From NCBI GenBank assembly GCA_038844785.1, contig JAWBRA010000029.1, positions 1 to 18,935 of the forward strand: a DNA stretch of 18,935 bases, in the 5' to 3' direction. The stretch comes from Candidatus Caldarchaeum sp. (lineage in GTDB: Archaea > Thermoproteota > Nitrososphaeria_A > Caldarchaeales > Caldarchaeaceae). Below the pieces are notes generated by a model. The model had not been told where the DNA came from. It was given only the letters and a program-made list of their open reading frames with translations, and did not search any database. A program made the position numbers and the translations under genes. Every line of letters starts with the position of its first letter. Position 1 is the first letter of the stretch. This document shows, piece by piece, positions 16,442 through 18,935 of the stretch.

Positions 16442-16462
16442 TAAACAATATTTAATTGTTTA
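16442..16462. promoter_or_regulatory. Perfect 8-bp inverted repeat over the proS TATA region
   Basis: TAAACAAT-ATTTA-ATTGTTTA, 19-39 nt upstream of the proS ATG. Confidence 0.4.
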
Positions 16463-16622
16463 TGTTTCTCTTCTTCCTAAGCCTTTGTTGCATTAGGGGC
16501 ACCTGTCTCTGTTAATGTTGGCCAAGCAGTGTCTTCACGGTGAATCAGCCTCTTCTGTGTCAAATAACAAACTTGTTTACAATAAATATGGATATAAACT
16601 AGCGTGTTTAGTTAATGATGAC

Positions 16623-17600
16623 TTGGGAATAAGTGGAATAAACAAATCGCAGCAAGCTGCCATGAAAGCTTGGGAAACCATACGTGCTAGACGGATTGCA
16701 GAAATGGTCGCAAAAAACCAGTCGTTGACCAGTTTCTTTGTCAAGGAAAAAAAGGTAAGGTTCGGTAGCTATGTCGTAAACCTGCCTCTAATAAAGCCGT
16801 CAAAGCTGACGAGGAAGGACGGTGTTGGTAAAGAATTGTCCGACGGCTGGGCGGTGAACTTCGCTGTTGGCTGTCTGTTCGGCTGCCGTTTCTGCTACGT
16901 TGACGCGATTCATAAACTCTATTCATCGGCGAGGGTTGGTGAAATTGTTCAAGCCGACTGGGGGTACTATTTTGCTGTGCCGTCTAATCTTGAAGAGGCT
17001 ATAGAAGCCACTCCATGGCATAAATGGCGTGGCGAGGAGGTGTTGATGTCATCTACTCATGACCCATATCTTCCACCGCTTAAGACATATACCAGAAAAA
17101 TACTGGAGAGAATGCTTAACAACGGCGTAAGAGTATGCATACAGACTAGGTCTCCGCTTGTTCTCGAAGACCTTGACCTGCTCAAAGCTTATCGTGAGCA
17201 GGTTCGTCTGCAGGTATCTGTCGCAACCCTGAACACAGAACTTGCTAAAATCATAGAGCCCCGAGTGGTAGCTCCTCACAGACGTCTCGAGATTCTCACA
17301 GAAGCCAAGAAAAACGGCATTAAAACAGGAATAATAGTTGCTCCGATACTCCCACCCTGCAGATTAAGACCTTCTGTAGAAGAAGATTTGAGGCAAATTT
17401 TCGAGAAACTGGCGGAGACGAGGCCTGACCATGTTTATGGCGAAAGCCTGCATGTGCGAGGAGTTAACATGACGTATCTGTCTGAGGCGTTGGGAGAAAG
17501 ACTGACAGTAGACCCGTTGTTCGACAGATGGGTCGCAAAACTCTTCACAAAACTACTTCACAGATACAACCTGAAAGGCCGATACTGGGCAGGTCGATGA
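16623..17600 (+). CDS. Radical SAM protein, spore photoproduct lyase-like family
   Basis: CxxxCxxC motif GCLFGCRFCYV, MSSTHDPY, IQTRSPLV..D, IIEP....P..R and GIIVAPILP. The ORF is open from 16515; start TTG 16623 is preferred because ATATAAA lies about 30 nt upstream. Confidence 0.88.
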   Translation: MGISGINKSQQAAMKAWETIRARRIAEMVAKNQSLTSFFVKEKKVRFGSYVVNLPLIKPSKLTRKDGVGKELSDGWAVNFAVGCLFGCRFCYVDAIHKLYSSARVGEIVQADWGYYFAVPSNLEEAIEATPWHKWRGEEVLMSSTHDPYLPPLKTYTRKILERMLNNGVRVCIQTRSPLVLEDLDLLKAYREQVRLQVSVATLNTELAKIIEPRVVAPHRRLEILTEAKKNGIKTGIIVAPILPPCRLRPSVEEDLRQIFEKLAETRPDHVYGESLHVRGVNMTYLSEALGERLTVDPLFDRWVAKLFTKLLHRYNLKGRYWAGR

Positions 17601-17602
17601 AG

Positions 17603-18550
17603 TTAATCAAGAGAGGCTTGTTCACCTGCAAACTGCTTTAAAATAGTTTCGAAAGTCTCCCTCTTTGTATCTTCAACCCTATCTTTCAATTTGTTCAATG
17701 CGTTCAACCATGGGTTATCTCCTTTTGTGGGCCTGACAGCAAAAATAATTTTATACCCAAAGCCTCCCAAACCTTTTACTGAGATGTCAAAAGTTTTTCG
17801 ATTCAATCTTCTTATGTTTTCCAGATAGAGACCATATAACACTTCGGAATCGTCAACGTCGTAAACGTCCTTACCAAAAAAGGCGCTCAGTTTTTCACGG
17901 TTTTTTTCTTTATCGCCGAAAACACGTTTGACACCGCTGTCCATGTAGTTTATTATCAAATCACAAGGCAGGGCCGCTAAAACTTGAATTGTTGAAAAAT
18001 TAGGCTCTAAACCATAAGGGTCGATAAAAATCAGTGAATGTTTACAATCTTTTAAAAGCCGCTCATATTGGAGTTTGTTCATATCATCACAAATCGCTTC
18101 ATACGAACTTTTAAGAATATGACCACGTTTTGATAATTGTTCTAACAAACTTTTTAGCACATTTATTTTATCTGGATCTGCATCGATCAGGATGAACCTA
18201 TCAAATCTCTTGTCCCCTTTTGGTATTAAGATGCTTAGCAAAGCAGAGCCTAAAAAATACTGCGGCTTGTCTTTCCCCACCTTTATCAATCCGCAGCCTG
18301 CAAAGGTATCTACATAGGCAACCGGTGAAAACCATTTTTTAATGATGTTTGTGTAAATTGGCAAATAATAAGCGTGTATAGCAAGCTTAAAAAGCGTCCA
18401 ATAACCCCATTCTCCATCTCTGTCAACAACATTTTTAAGGCTGTTTGGAAGACCGGTATAAAGTTGCTCTGCAGTAACTTTCTTATTGCCTTTAAGCGAC
18501 TCAAACCTTTTCAGCCACCACTCTCTTAGGTCGGACCTTCGGCCTGTCAT
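17603..18550 (-). CDS. tcmP: Three-Cys-motif partner protein TcmP-like (SAM-dependent methyltransferase fold)
   Basis: WTLFKL...YYLPIY, YVDTFAGCG, GSAL, FILID, D.N, LIFIDPYG and DLIINY motifs. AT-rich (18/60 GC in 18121-18180). Confidence 0.82.
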   Translation of the reverse strand: MTGRRSDLREWWLKRFESLKGNKKVTAEQLYTGLPNSLKNVVDRDGEWGYWTLFKLAIHAYYLPIYTNIIKKWFSPVAYVDTFAGCGLIKVGKDKPQYFLGSALLSILIPKGDKRFDRFILIDADPDKINVLKSLLEQLSKRGHILKSSYEAICDDMNKLQYERLLKDCKHSLIFIDPYGLEPNFSTIQVLAALPCDLIINYMDSGVKRVFGDKEKNREKLSAFFGKDVYDVDDSEVLYGLYLENIRRLNRKTFDISVKGLGGFGYKIIFAVRPTKGDNPWLNALNKLKDRVEDTKRETFETILKQFAGEQASLD

Positions 18551-18935
18551 AATTTTTACCCCAATGGTTTAAGTTTTTAAACTTTCAGCTGAAGCTTAAT
18601 GGAGGGCTCGGTAAATGTATTTTTAGCGAACTAGATGTGCAAATTTGTGTTAGCGGGACCACAAGTTTGCTGTCGGTAAGCATGGAGGAAAGTCTTCCTG
18701 CCTGTAACAGATCTCCTCACTCTGTGACGTTTTAAAAGATAAAGGCTGAGAATCGTGTTCTTTTGTATGAATACCGAAAAAGGAAACCTACACTTATGTT
18801 AACCGGTGCGGTAGAAACTCATACGGATGACGTCAGGAAGCAAAATTCTCTAACATCCTCTCTTAACAGCTAATAACAGATCTCCAACGGCATGTTATAC
18901 TCAACAGACCTTAGAAGACCGCTGACCAACAAACA

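Noticed and set aside
15602-16444. 280-aa ORF antisense to proS (also 12992..13597 antisense to serA)
   Set aside because: Shadow frames of conserved genes with no recognisable domains.
18600-18935. GAGGAAAGTC near 18685 as RNase P RNA, and a possible minus-strand gene tail at the window end
   Set aside because: The motif is incomplete and lacks surrounding GC-rich structure. The peptide tail (about 21 aa) is too short to call.

Overview
Archaeal DNA, most likely TACK superphylum (rps26e, archaeal-type ProRS, archaeal AAA ATPase and TATA boxes about 30 nt before start codons; an Aigarchaeota/Caldarchaeum-like source is my inference). The left ~3.7 kb is accessory. It holds the N-terminus of a divergent IS110-like (DEDD/RuvC-fold) recombinase running off the window edge and an adjacent ~540-nt GC-rich, highly base-paired non-coding region built from two similar units (candidate bridge-like RNA). 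It also holds a decayed IS6 with perfect 17-bp inverted repeats, a second IS6 fragment, a two-gene HTH plus membrane-anchored wHTH module whose DNA carries phased GTGAnnTCAC sites, and two frameshifted wHTH paralogues. The middle has an NCS1/CytX-like permease, an AAA ATPase with tandem palindromic operator-like sites, an amber-interrupted VOC dioxygenase, DUF429, a structured intergenic region, and an overlapping four-gene run (FAA hydrolase, DRE-TIM synthase, lone E1-alpha, SerK-like kinase) converging on serA. Core genes rps26e, htpX and proS follow. The right end has a convergent pair: an SPL-like radical SAM gene and an AT-rich TcmP-like methyltransferase-fold gene. I saw no tRNA, rRNA or CRISPR array. 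All calls come from motif recognition by eye; no searches were run.
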